The notes: a model not told the origin generated them from the letters alone. 64,000 nucleotides of DNA from Eledone cirrhosa (GCA_964016885.1 OZ024741.1:282534001-282598000); one strand, 5' to 3'; counted from the first letter of the stretch, positions 11,960-24,805 are shown. Numbers and translations: made by a program.

Positions 11960-13283
11960 GTCTGAGAAAAGCACTACAGATGCTCTCTTCTTAGTGAGAC
12001 AACTGCATGAGAAGTTCCTAGCCAAGAATAAGCTGTATATCTAGCTTTTGTTGACCTAGAAAAGGCTTTTAACAGAGCACCTCATTCTGTTATCTGGTGG
12101 TCCTTAAGAAAATTAGGTGTAAAAGAATGGCTTGTGAGAGCATTACAAGCCATGTACAGAGGAGCAGTCAGTAAAGTGAGAGTAGGAAGTGAATTCAGTG
12201 AGGAATTCAAAGTGCAGGTAGGGTTCAGTTCTCAGCCCACTGTTGTTCATCATAGTTCTCCAAATCATAACAGAAAAGTTAAAACTAGTTGTCCATGGGA
12301 ACTTCTCTGGTCCTTATAACTGAATCCATAAAAGAACTAGAGAATAAGTTCTGACTATGGAAACAGAATTTGGAATCAAAAGGCCTGAGAGTAAAATTAC
12401 CCAAAACTAAAAAGCTAGTAAGTAAAAAAGAAGACCCAGATCTCTTCAGGGAAGTGGCCCTGCTCCATATGTTGAAAAAGAATAGGCATAAACTATTTCT
12501 GGTGTATACAATGTAAATCTTGGGTACACAAAAGATGCAGTTGGATAACATGTAGACTAATAGGACGGGAAGACTTTATATGTAGAAGATGCACAGGAGT
12601 AATCAAAGGGAAAAGCAGCAGTGATATAAAACTCTTCAAGTCACAGAAAGGGTTCATAGAAGTGGTTGATAGCTTCTGTTATCTAGGTGACTTAATCAGT
12701 CACCTGGAGGAGGGTGCTTTGAGAGCATAATAGCTAGAATAAGGATAGGATGGAAGAAGTTTAGAAAGATACTCCCACTGTTGACAAAAGGTTTCTCCCT
12801 ACATACAAAATAACTACTGTATAATGACTGTGGGCAAGTGTGATGCTGCTTGGTAGTGAAACAAGAGCAGTGACTGGAAAAGACATGTGTAGACTGGAGA
12901 GAAATGAAGCAGCCATGCTACGTTGGATGTGCAAAATAAATGTGAAAGAAAGGCAGAGCTTGGGAGAACTGAGGGAGAAACAGGGTTTAAGAGGAATCCG
13001 AAGTGGTGTGGAGGAGAGAAGAGTGCATTGGTATGGACATGTGCTGAGCATGGATGATGATTGCTGGATGAAGAGGTGCCAGGAAATGCCAGTGGATGAA
13101 AGCCACAGTAAACATGGACCAAGAAAGACCTAGGCAGAGGTGGTGAGAGCTGATCTCAAATCACTGAGACTCACAGAGGAGATGACAAAGAAATATGGTG
13201 AGTGGAAAGATGCTGTGCTGAAAAGGACCCATCCAACGTATGCAAGTGTGGAAAAACAGATGTAAAAACGATGATGATGATGA
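11960..13283 (+). mobile_element. Decayed RTE LINE (RT, PHD remnant, C-terminus, GAT tail)
   Basis: LAFVDLEKAFNRAP, CPWELL, RLERNEAAMLRWMC, WYGHV; many frameshifts. Confidence 0.9.
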
Positions 13284-13335
13284 GAATATGATATATACAT
13301 ACATATATATATACATATATATATTTATATATATA

Positions 13336-14362
13336 CACAAGAGATGTAGTGGGATCTCAGGAAGCTTAACTAAGAATGTAGGCTTCACATGTAGCAGCTG
13401 CGCTGGGACAGCAAGCATCAAACAGCCACAGGAAACAAGCACCACCAAACTCTGGGAGGGCTCTGTAGAAACAGTAGACAGCTTCTGCTACCTAGGGGAC
13501 CGAATTAGCAGCGGAGGTGGGTGTTCAGAAAGTACAATAACTAGGGTAAGAACAGGATGGAAGAAGTTCAGGGGCTACTGCCACTACTAGCTGCAAAAGG
13601 CTTTTCCCTCAAAATGAAAGGCAGACTGTATGATGCGTGTATCCGAACAGCAATGTTACATGGTACTGAGACCTGGGCGCAGTCTGTAGAAGACTTGCGT
13701 AGATTAGAAAGAAATAAAGCCTGCATGCTCTGATGGATGTGTAATAGTAATATACACGAACGGCAAAGCATAAATGAATTGAGAGAGAGACTGAGCATAA
13801 GAGGAATCAAATGTTGTTTGCAGGAGAGGCGGTTGCATTGGTATGGACATGTGATGCGTATGAAGGATGACAGCTGCATAAAAAGGTGCAGAGCACTAGA
13901 AGTCGATGGAAGCCAAGGAGTAGGGGAGACCCAAGAAGACCTGGGATGAGGTGATAAAAGCCGACCTTACCCAATTATACCTCTCAAAGGCGATGACACA
14001 TGACCGTGACCTCTGGCGTCACGCAGTAATACAGAAGACCCGACCCCCCAAGGGTACAAGCTGAAGCTGAAGCATATAGACAATATGCCCCCACCCCCTC
14101 CCACTACAAAGTAGTCGTTGAGGAGCCACGACAAAAAAAGCACCCAACCCACACTGTAAAGTGGACGTGTAGGCGCCACGGAAAAAAAGCACACAGCATG
14201 AGGTTGGTGTTAGAAAGGGCATCCAGCTGTAGAAATCAAGCCAGAATCAGTTCCCTTATGAGCAAGACATGGTCAGCCGACCGGCTACTGCCCACAACAG
14301 GACAACCTGTCTAACCCATGCTAGCGTGGAAGAACGCATGTAAAACAGTGATGATGATGATG
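13336..14362 (+). mobile_element. 5'-truncated young copy of the 40627 RTE family
   Basis: Starts at HKRCSGISG, high identity to 40324-41353, few frameshifts, (GAT)n tail. Confidence 0.95.
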
Positions 14363-14574
14363 ATATATATATACATATATTTCGTTTCTGAATTTGTTTA
14401 GCAAGATTCTTTATCTGAAAACGTGTGTTGAAACCGATATTGTTATACTTTGGGAGGGTCATGTTGCCAATAAGAAACATACGCACCAGTTGCTTTCACT
14501 TCAATTTATTATAATAAATTTATAAATTTCTGGTTGGTTGGTTGGTTCCACAACCAGATGATTGTTTATATATT

Positions 14575-14617
14575 GTCAAAGTTCTTTCGTCACACATTCT
14601 GTGACCTCTTCAGTGAC
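14575..14617 (-). ncRNA. Minimal type I hammerhead ribozyme motif
   Basis: GTCA-CTGAAGA-G-GTCACA-GAATG-TGTGAC-GAAAG-AA-CTT-TGAC. Confidence 0.75.
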
Positions 14618-15095
14618 TGGGGATTCTTTTCTTTGTTTTTGTGCCTCTCCTTTGTTCTGTCCTACGCCATCTTGTTTTTTTGTGTGTTGTGTGCTTAGTT
14701 TGCGCATATGTTACATCTGGGTGTCTGTGTGTGTTTATATTTGTTTATTTATTTGTTTATTTACATGTTACTGGTTGGTTGTTTGTTCTATGTGCGTGTG
14801 TGTTTTCATTTTGTCCTTAATTGTAAGTTGTGATGTTGCTGTTCCATTCATGTTTTCTATTTAATTTTGGCTGGAGTTCATTTATGTTTATTGCCTCTGT
14901 GATTTGTCTAAACACACGCACATAGAACAAACAACCAACCAGTAATATGTAAATAAACAAATAAATAAACAAATATAAACACACACAGACACCCGGATGT
15001 AACACATACACAAACTAAGCACACAACGCACACAAAAACAAGATGGCGTAGGACAGAACAAAGGAGAGGCACAAAAACAAAGAAAAGAATCCCCA

Positions 15096-15138
15096 GCCAC
15101 TGAAGAGGTCACAGAATGTGTGACGAAAGAACTTTGAC
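15096..15138 (+). ncRNA. Minimal hammerhead motif, inverted-arm copy
   Basis: Same as 14575-14617 with one stem I mismatch (GCCA). Confidence 0.7.
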
Positions 15139-15280
15139 AATATATAAACAATCATTTGGTTGTGGAACCAACCGGAAATTTATAAATTCCTAAATTTATA
15201 AATTTATTATAATAAATTGAAGTGAAAGCAGCTGGTGCGTGTGTTTCTTATTGGCAACATGACCCTCCCAAAGTATAACA

Positions 15281-15324
<44 letters not shown>

Positions 15325-15485
15325 ACAAAAACAGAGATTCAAACAACTAATGTTATACTCGTGTTTAGATTAAAGAGAGAAAAAGGATTTCAGCATATCC
15401 GACTTTAGCCCTTTGTCAGGAGAGTACAAGTATGGAAAGATAGAAAAAAAGAAGAAAACAAATTTTTAGAAAAAAAAATATATAT

Positions 15486-15517
<32 letters not shown>

Positions 15518-16044
15518 CACACATTGACTAAGGTCAAAAGAGAAAACAAACATATACAATATATTACTAGTTTAATGATTGTTTCAACTTATCAGATGTT
15601 AGTCTATGAGGAAAGAATGAATTAGGAGAGAGATGGGAGACTAGAAGAGAAAATATATATATTGAGATGACTCTCCAGTCTGGTCTAGCTTGTGACAACC
15701 TCTCTGGTGCTTGTTCTATCATAAAATATCCTTGTTCACACTGTAAAGTGTTAGTGTTTATACCACTATAAAATGTACCAAGTATACTCTGTAAAGTGAT
15801 ATTGCTGGTGTCACGAAAAATACACCAAGTATACTCTCTAAGGTGGATGATGTTAGAAAGGGCATTCAACAGTGGAAACCATGCCAAATATGGAATGTAA
15901 TGAGCCGGATTGGTCAGTCAATCCAACCTGTCTAGTCTCAAACCATGACTACCTATCCAGCCCATGCCAACATGGAAGGCAGACATAAAAATAATTGTTT
16001 CTACATTTGGCACGAGGCCAGCAATTTGAAGGAAAAATAATTGT

Positions 16045-16220
16045 TTCTACTTTAGGCACAAGGCCAGCAATTACCCAGTGCATTACTGGTACTTTATTTT
16101 ATCGACCCAGTAAGGATGAAAGGCAAAGTCAACCTCGGCGAGATTTGAACTCAGATCGTAAAGGGACGTAACTATGCTGGAACGCATGGCGTCCGACCCT
16201 CTACCGATACTGCCAATCCA
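16045..16220 (-). mobile_element. SINE with Meta-domain-like core
   Basis: Reverse complement of 3218-3398. Confidence 0.7.
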
Positions 16221-16561
16221 GGAAAAATAATGATGCTGTATGACACAGATTCTTCATAGACCTTGACGGCAACCAGCATGAAAAGGAAGCAGTCGGTCAT
16301 TTCCTGATATTTAACTATTGTCACATAAACTATGAAAGAAGTCTGATGTTCTTTTAGCAGAGGCTTCAAATATGATATTCATGACATTTTGAAGGAAATC
16401 AGTGAAGCAGAATAAGTGAGATGGCCCCAAGTGGGAATCAAATTTGATTTTAGACTAAACTCATCTGGAATATATTTTTACAGTAAACATGTAAATGCTT
16501 TCCAGGCCCCGAAGGGTTTTTTAAATGCCACTGTTTAATTATACTGTGGGTATGTGTGTAC

Positions 16562-16740
16562 CTTCTATCTTTACACACGGCACTAGACAAAATTGTTTCT
16601 TCATCATACACTCTCATCTCGGGAACAGTTCTGTATGGCGCCAGTTCGTGATTTGAACTCGGGAAATTTATATTCTCTGAGCGAAAAGAACCCTCTGACG
16701 AAAGTCTTCTTCTCAATGGATTTCCGCATGGATTATCCAT
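16562..16740 (-). CDS. Candidate host first coding exon, product unknown
   Basis: Non-repetitive ORF MDNPCGNPLRRRLSSEGSFRSE...AVCKDR ending at a possible AAG|GTACAC donor; no family recognised and no downstream exon found. Confidence 0.3.
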
Positions 16741-16840
16741 TTATTTTGAGACTTGAAACCGTACGGTAAGGGTAATTACAGCAGGTACAGTGAACTTTTT
16801 AAAATTTATTTTAAACCTTTTTCTTATTTGCTAAACCTTG

Positions 16841-16914
<74 letters not shown>

Positions 16915-16995
16915 TATATATATGTGCACATACATACACACACACATATATATATATATGTGCACATACATACACACACATATATATGAATATAT

Positions 16996-17044
16996 ATTTC
17001 TAAAGGACTAGAGCTGTTTCATTCAGTTGAAATCATCAGAAAAT
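16996..17044 (-). ncRNA. Type I hammerhead motif (family shared with 30412 and 45314)
   Basis: ATTTT-CTGATGA-T-TTCA-AC-TGAA-T-GAAACAG-CTCTAGTC-CTTTA-GAAAT. Confidence 0.65.
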
Positions 17045-17151
17045 ATGAAATAAATATGTACCTTCTCTACTCATATATTGAGTACCTTATTTAACTGTGG
17101 TTCTCTTCCAGTCTCCTTTGGAAAACCATTCTCTTATCTCTCTCTCTCTCG

Positions 17152-17229
<78 letters not shown>

Positions 17230-17263
17230 AGATTTGAATGGATACAGTTTAGTTGAAAGGAAT

Positions 17264-17383
17264 TTATTGACACGTGTTTCTATAACAGTTACATAACCTA
17301 AAACAGCTGCTATCTACAAACTTTTAGTTATGCAGACATTCAATATTTCAATGTTATTATTTACTGTCATTTCATCAGAATAA
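17264..17383 (-). ncRNA. Type I hammerhead motif, long stem II (inverted-arm copy)
   Basis: Reverse complement of 19127-19246. Confidence 0.8.
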
Positions 17384-17651
17384 TATTACTGAGGACCTAT
17401 TTAGTTTTTATAGAGAATATTAGGAGGGAGGGGTGAAGTTGTTAGAAGAATAGTTGAAGGAGTGGTTTTTCGATAGCAGTGAGAATTCTTGGTGGCAGTG
17501 AGTAATTAGATTCCCATCTGTTGTTTTGACATTTTTTATAGAATATATTATTGGTTATTTTTCTAAATCTATATTAGGATTAGAGATAGTAAAGATATGC
17601 GTGGTTGGTTTTGTGTTTGCACTTAATTAACATTCAGACTTAAATTTATAT

Positions 17652-17708
<57 letters not shown>

Positions 17709-18009
17709 CACTCTAATACATGAATACACTAACATCTAACTATACACATCAAACATATATATATATTTACTTATTTATATACATTTTCACATATATATAC
17801 ATACTTATGGACGTTTTTAGACACATTCATTATCGCATATTTGTACCTATTCTCATCAGCATATCTTTCCATTATTAGTGTGGTAATTTAAGGTTATTAA
17901 TATATGTTGAGAAGAGATTGTTTTTATATTTTTCTAACTAGATTAAGGTTTATATAGTTGGGGGATGTCCCTCTTTTATGTAATATTCGGCTTGTAGTGG
18001 GAAAAAAGC

Positions 18010-18216
18010 GATCAAAAGTTTACCCTAAAATGGGAAAAATTAGCTAAAACCCAAAGCTTTTCCAGGAGCCAAAATTTCTGCAAATTGTGTAATCTTGAGA
18101 TTTATTACATAATCACACACAAGAAGAAACTGCTGAATAACAGAATTGAACGAACATTATTCTGCCGTCACAGAACTAAAACCCTTTTTTCCCACTACAA
18201 GCCGAATATTACATAA
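18010..18216 (+). pseudogene. GIY-YIG endonuclease C-terminal fragment of a Penelope-like element
   Basis: Hand translation DQKFTLKWEKLAKTQSFSRSQNFCKLCNLEIYYIITHKKKLLNNRIERTLFCRHRTKTLFSHYKPNIT*; aligns with the 38648 ORF. Confidence 0.85.
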
Positions 18217-18489
18217 AAGAGGGACATCCCCCAACTATATAAACCTTAATCTAGTTAGAAAAATATAAAAACAATCTCTTCTCAACATATATTAATAACC
18301 TTAAATTACCACACTAATAATGGAAAGATATGCTGATGAGAATAGGTACAAATATGCGATAATGAATGTGTCTAAAAACGTCCATAAGTATGTATATATA
18401 TATGTGAAAATGTATATAAATAAGTAAATATATATATATGTTTGATGTGTGTGTATAGTTAGATGTAAGTGTATTCATGTATTAACGTG

Positions 18490-18564
<75 letters not shown>

Positions 18565-19126
18565 ATGTATATATGTGTATATGGATGTGTATGTATGTGT
18601 ATGTGTGTACACATGGACTAGAGTATGTATGTATATATGTGTGTGTCTATACGTGTGTATATAAAGATAAGTTGAGTATGAAAATGTATACACATGAGCG
18701 CGTATGTATGTACATGAATACATGTGTGTATATATATGTGTATGCATGTGTATATATATGTAAGTATGAATATGTGAATTGTGAGTATATGTATTTTGTA
18801 GAGGTGTGCAAATATATTTGTTTGTGAATGCGTGGGTGAAAGGATACGTACACTTGAAAGAAAAATTTAAGTCTGAATGTTAATTAAGTGCAAACACAAA
18901 ACCAACCACGCATATCTTTACTATCTCTAATCCTTCTATAGATTTAGAAAAATAACCAATAATATATTCTATAAAAAATGTCAAAGCAACAGATGGGAAT
19001 CTAATTACTCACTGCCACCAAGAATTCTCACTGCTATCGAAAAACCACTCCTTCAACTATTCTTCTAACAACTTCACCCCTCCCTCCTAATATTCTCTAT
19101 AAAAACTAAATAGGTCCTCAGTAATA

Positions 19127-19246
19127 TTATTCTGATGAAATGACAGTAAATAATAACATTGAAATATTGAATGTCTGCATAACTAAAAGTTTGTAGATAG
19201 CAGCTGTTTTAGGTTATGTAACTGTTATAGAAACACGTGTCAATAA
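19127..19246 (+). ncRNA. Type I hammerhead motif, long stem II
   Basis: TTATT-CTGATGA-A-ATGACAGT...ACTGTTAT-A-GAAAC-ACGT-GTC-AATAA; palindromic stem III ACACGTGT and GUC site. Confidence 0.82.
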
Positions 19247-19915
19247 ATTCCTTTCAACTAAACTGTATCCATTCAAATCTTTCTATTTTTCTCCAGATTA
19301 CTTTTGGAACTACAACTGGAACCGTCGAGCAAACTCTACGTGAGCTGATAATCTACTGTGTGTAATATTTATATTACAACACAACGGAAAATACTGTATA
19401 TATATATATATATATATATATTATTTACATATATATATATACATACATACACATATAAAACTTTCCTTTGAATATATAGTTAGATTGGTTTTTAGATCCC
19501 CATCTTTTGACCTAATTTCTTAACTTCGAAACCTTCTGGTGCTTCTTTGTATTGATACACCTGGCTCTTCTCAACAGCCCAGCCCTTCCACTTGCCTTAG
19601 ACAGCTATACTACTCCTCTTATAATCCATCGATTCATCAAAATCATTACACCGCAATTCATTAGTCATTTGATTCAGTAGTCACCAAACACTATACACCC
19701 ACTCTGTGTAAAATATCAGCACTCTTGGTTACCTGACTAATACATCTGTCATAAGTGTGGTGCATGATGCATGGTCAAGCTGTAATGACATGCATGCAAC
19801 TTGCATGTGATAATGCTATGCAGCCCTCCACTTCTGTATTTGCTATAATCTTTACATATCTAAATGTCTTTGATTATAATATACTTTATATATATATGTA
19901 CTTTTTATATATATA

Positions 19916-21624
19916 CTAGCTGGCCCGTCCGGTTGGCGCCCGGCTAGGTTTACCGGCATTTTATCTTTTCAGGAATCCCCCCTACACTCTAGTGCAAAGA
20001 TATCGCACGCCCTCTCAAGTCAGTGTGTGTGTGTGTGTGGGGGGGGGGGGGTTAACGTGCTCTGATGTTGGGTTTGAATAGTTTTTGGGATTCCCCAGTT
20101 CAGCAGCCAGTACGTTAAAGAAAATTGATAGTTACAACAATAAAGGCTGAACAGAGAACAAATTTTTTAACAAACAATAATTTGTACAACATCATCATCA
20201 TCGTCATTTTACGTCCGGTTTTCCCTGCTTGCAAGGGTGGGACGGGAACTGATTCTGGCTTGATTTCTACAGCTGGATGCCCTTCCTAACACCAACCTCA
20301 TTTACAGTGAGTGCTGGGTGCTTTTTTGCTGTGGCACCTCCACGACCACTTTGCAGTGGAATGATAGGGACCCCAGTCTCTATCATCTCATTTCTACAGC
20401 TGAGTAAACTGGAGCAATGTGAAATAAAGTGTCTTGCTCAAGGAAACAACACATCACCCGGTCTGAGAATTGAACTCACAATCTTTCGATTGCAAGGCCA
20501 ATGCTCTAACCACTAAGCCATGTGCCTCCACATGTGCCTCCACAACGATAATGGAAATTCCAAGTAACAGAAAATATTTAAATTACATTGCTAGAGCCTC
20601 AGAGTATACAATATTTTTTGTTCGGCCCTCTGGAGCAAAGATGAAGAGATTGTTTGGCGAGCTAACCCTAGAGCATCCTACATACAATTGACCATGGGAG
20701 AATCACTGATCTCATAGCGTGGAGAAGCTCTGTAGACGTTGACCTCTGGACACGCCTGTCAGGAGCAGGTAAGCTTGTAGTGACTTAGAGGCCTACCACC
20801 AATCTCCAGGACACTGTTTTCAAGACAAATGAGCGCCTCATTGAAAACGACATCGTATGTTATGTTCGGATTGTGTCTGCGTGTGCGGTGGAGGATGTCC
20901 TCAGCTAGACTTTCGCGGTGGTTGTTCCACATTGCGAGAGGGTCGGCGAGATCGCAGTTGTGCAGCATAATAGCAAAAAGTTTTTGCAGCTGAGAAGGGA
21001 CTTTCGCAGTTGCTGCTTCTTGCAATCATCGTGTAACATACCACGCATCTGGCAAACCAAACGGTAAGTGGAACATTGATGGCCATTGATAGTTCTCAGA
21101 TCTTGGAAAGACTGTGGTCCTCTAACCTCGAACAGTAACAATGACGATAAGCCATCTGTGCTTTTGTGAAATAAATAGGTTTTTGTTTTTGTGTATGCAA
21201 AAATATCTGTATACGAAGATATATATATTAAAATAACAGATTAAAGTTTAAGCAAAGAATCGCTGCTTTCACTCTTAACGGGATCTTCTGAAAATAAAAA
21301 AATCAGTCTGTGAACGCAGAAGTAAATATTTCGAAAAACGTTATCTAATGCAGACAGCCAGACATACAGATTAAGAAAAAGAGGGGAATGTTGTGCGACG
21401 TCATAAGAAAAAGTGAGGAATGACGTATAACCGGAAGTGTTGACATTTGAAATTTTAAAGAAGTGAATATTTAAATAATGTCTTTAATCTTTTAACAAAA
21501 TTTGGTAGACAAAAATACCCTCACTTTTTTACTTGGAAAAAGTTACATCTATGGTGCAAATTTGGTCCAGCCGTTTGGCAGAAAGTTTGTTACCTACATA
21601 CGGCCGTCAGCTTTATAGTATAGA
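19916..21624 (-). mobile_element. Internally deleted Helitron
   Basis: 5' A|TCTATACTATAAAG at 21624; 3' GC-rich hairpin and CTAG|T at 19916; RepHel fragments LLFEVRGPQSFQDLRTING, PSQLQKLFAIML and Pif1 end FSHGQLYVGCSRV..TKNIVYSEAL. Confidence 0.9.
20190..20529 (-). mobile_element. tRNA-head SINE with RTE tail, nested in the Helitron
   Basis: Reverse complement of 28288-28630. Confidence 0.9.
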
Positions 21625-21628
21625 TATA

Positions 21629-23180
21629 TCATCATCATCATCATCATCATCATCATTTAACGTCTATCTTCCACGCTAGCATGGGTTTAGACGGGAATTG
21701 TCCCACTTGAGGAAAGATTGGTCGTCTCACTCGTATAGGACTGTCTGGCAGGTTTTCTATGGCTGGATGCCCTTCCTAACTCCAACCACATTTACAGTGT
21801 GAACTGGGAGGTTTTTACCGTGTTACCTACACGGCCACATTACAGCATGGACTGTGTGTGTTTTTTGTCGTGACACCTACACGACCTCATTTATTTTGGA
21901 CTGGATGTTGTGGTACTAACATAACTTTACAGAGAAAGGGTGGTGTTGGTGGGAGTGGGAGGGTGGAGTAGGGGTAGTGGGATGGGGTGTAGATTTGGTT
22001 AAGAGGTGCCTACTCACTGTAGGGTTCGCTTTGTACATAAGCAAGGTGGGTCTTCTGTATTGCTGCGTGGCGCCAAAGATCTTAGTCTAGTGACATTGTC
22101 TTAGAGAAGTGTAAGTGTGTAAGGTCGGAATTTATCAAATCATCCCAGGTTTTTCTGGGTCTATCTACTCCGTAACTTCCATCAATTTTGATCGCCCAGC
22201 ACTTTTTTATACAGCTGTCGTCTTTCATGTGCATCACGTGACCATACCAACATAGTCTTCTCTCGAGTAAACAACATCCGATCCCTCTTATTCCTAATTT
22301 CTCACTTAGTTCATTTATGCTTTGCCGTTCATGTATATTACTATTACACATCCAACGGAGCATGCATGCTTCATTCCTCTCCAGTCTGCGCAGGTCCTCT
22401 GCACACAATGCCCATGTCTCACTGCCATGTAATATTGCTGTTCGTATACAGGCATCATACAATCTGCCTTTCATTTTTAGAGAGAAACCTTTTGTGGCCA
22501 ACAGCGGTATAAGCTCTCTGAACTTTTTCCATCCCATTCTGACTCTGGCTACTGTACTTTCAGAGCACCCTCCACCACTGCTGATTTTGTCACCTAGGGA
22601 ACGGAAAGTCTCCATTATTTCTATAGAACCATCTGGGCAATAGAAGGAGCCAGTATCCTGTGGGCACTTACTACTTATTGCACCTGAGCTGAGCACCAGC
22701 CACATATAAAATCTACGTTCTTAGATAGCTTACCTGTGATCCCACTACATCTTTTATGCACCCATACTTTGCATTTGAGACATAAAATGGAATTTCTGCC
22801 TACTCCTTTCCTACACACTGAGCATGGCCATTTCCCAGAAGGGACCTGTGCCCTATTTTCCTTCCTACATACTAGAACTTTAGTCTTAGACAAGTTAACT
22901 TTAAGGCCTTTTGATTCTAGGCCATGCTTCCATGTTTGGAATTTCTTTTCTAGTTCAACCATCGATTCGGCTATGAAAGTTAGATCATCTGCGTATAAAA
23001 ATTCCCATGGGCAGCAGGTCTTGAACTCCTCTGAAGGGCAATAATAAATAGGAGGGGGCTACGGACAGAGCCTTGATGAACACCAAATTTTACGCTAAAT
23101 TCTTCACTATATTCATTGTTAATTCTAACCTTTCTGACTCTTTCTTTATACATAGCTTGTATAGCTATCACAAGCCATTC
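21629..23180 (-). mobile_element. 5'-truncated RTE LINE, subfamily B
   Basis: GVHQGSV, PHD CSVCRKGVGRNSILC..CKVWVHKRC, WYGHV, (GAT)n tail; close sister copy at 52970. Confidence 0.93.
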
Positions 23181-23344
23181 ATATATATATATATATATTA
23201 TTTTTATATGTACCCTTGCATGTATATGAACACCTGCATATTGTCTAGGAGTATGTGTGTGTAAGTGTGTATGTATGTATGTATCTGTGTATGTATGTAT
23301 ATATGTATGTACATATGTATGTACATATGTATGTATGTAACAGA

Positions 23345-24308
23345 TCCTGAACAAGCAATGCCTGTGCTTTGAAGGTTTTTTAAGTAGGGAAAGGCCCTGC
23401 ACACAACCAATCCCACTCTCTGAGCATCGAAAACACTACCCCAAAAAGAAAACTGGTCAACATCATCAGTTTTTTTTCAGAGTTTCCCTCTCTTAGAAAG
23501 GTGTTGTGACAACAACTTGGGGCCCTTCACTCCCAGGTGACAAAAAAAAGAAGATATGGGTTGCCTACAAACGGCATATCCATAGACTGGAATGGTTTCA
23601 CCAGCAGTGTCTCAGAAAGATGCTCGGTATCAAGTGGCAGATGCATGTGAGTGATGTTGAGGTCCTTGAGAGAAGTGAGTGTCAGAGCATTGAGAGTATC
23701 AACCACCAATGGCGTTTGTGATGGACCAGACACCTCTGCAGAATGGAGGATGACCGAATCCCAAAACAACTCTTGTATGGCGAGCTTTGTGAGGGTAAGA
23801 GACCATCTCACATGCCTAGGCTCTGATTCAAGGACTTATTGAAAAAAACTGGTTTGGTTATGGCTGACTGGGAGATAGAAGTTCTTGAAAGAGAAACTTG
23901 GCATGGAATGGTGAATGATGGGGTCCATAATTTTGAGGACAGACACATAGAGCACGAGAAGATAAAACAGGATGTGCGTAAGCAACGCCCTGGTGTATCT
24001 CTCAAAACGATCGGTGCCTCCATTGAATTGAAGTGCCCTGAATGTGAAAAAATTTGCTTGAGCAAATCTGGTCTCAGGAGCCACAGTCGCAGCCATGTTC
24101 AAAGAGAACCAGTGAACTATGATCTCCACGGTATTGTGAGGGTTCATAGGCAACCTGATGCAAGACCTGAGGCCAGAGAGATCCATAGTTGTCATCAGTG
24201 TGCGAGGGAGTGCAAGTCTCTAGCGGGCTTGAAAAGCCATATCCAAGCGTCACACATCTGAATCTGACAAGCGATTGTAATACTCTTAGCAGCCATCATG
24301 TATGTATA
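23345..24308 (+). mobile_element. RTE(BovB-like) 3' fragment with two C2H2 fingers, preceded by an inverted 5'-UTR-like piece
   Basis: RLEWFHQQCLRKMLGIKW, RMEDDRIPKQLLYGEL, CPECEKICLSKSGLRSH, CHQCARECKSLAGLKSH, ATGT tail; 23350-23500 resembles 10187-10350. Confidence 0.85.
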
Positions 24309-24544
24309 TCATCATTATCATTGTCGTTTAATGTCTATTTTACTTGCTAGCAGGGGTTGGATATATGATAACAGACTGTGTGCATTTTAGTGTGTCACCA
24401 ACATTAGGGAGTGTCTCAAGTCCATGGTATAGTTAATAAGTCTTCCTGTCCTTTTAGCAGGTTTTCTATGGTTGGTATGCCCTTTCTCTCTCTAACCATT
24501 TTACAGAAGTGTATTGCATGATCATTTATCATGTGAATCAGCAC

Positions 24545-24805
24545 TAGGGAGGTTGTCACATCTATGGCACACCTGAACATTGAATTTTAGATCTATTTCA
24601 GGGGGAGGTTGTCATATATATGACACAGCTGAAGATTAAATGTTAGATGTATTTCAGTGGGAGGTTGTCCTGTCTATGGCACAGTTGAACATTGAATATT
24701 AGATATAGTTCAGAGGGAGGTTGTCACATCTATGGCACAGCTGAACATTAAATTTTATATATATTTCAGAGGGAGGTTGTCACATCTATGACACAGCTGA
24801 GGATT
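24545..24805 (+). repeat. 56-bp minisatellite, about 4.6 copies
   Basis: GGAGGTTGTC recurs every 56 bp (A at 24550, 24606, 24662, 24718, 24774). Confidence 0.9.

Larger units (their letters stand above)
14437..15284 (-). mobile_element. 5'-truncated Penelope-like element with inverted terminal duplication
   Basis: Arms 14437-14805 and 14910-15284 are reverse complements; the spacer encodes a GIY-YIG C-terminus RQITEAININELQPKLNRKHEW on minus. Confidence 0.85.
17224..19390 (+). mobile_element. 5'-truncated Penelope-like element (Naiad-type) forming a 2-kb palindrome
   Basis: Left arm 17224-18008 is the reverse complement of 18184-19285 (apart from a ~300-bp indel); the spacer encodes a GIY-YIG C-terminus. 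Confidence 0.85.

Noticed and set aside
15380-15425. Hammerhead on minus (CTGACAAAGGGC...GAAATCC)
   Set aside because: G8 is missing and stems I and III do not close.
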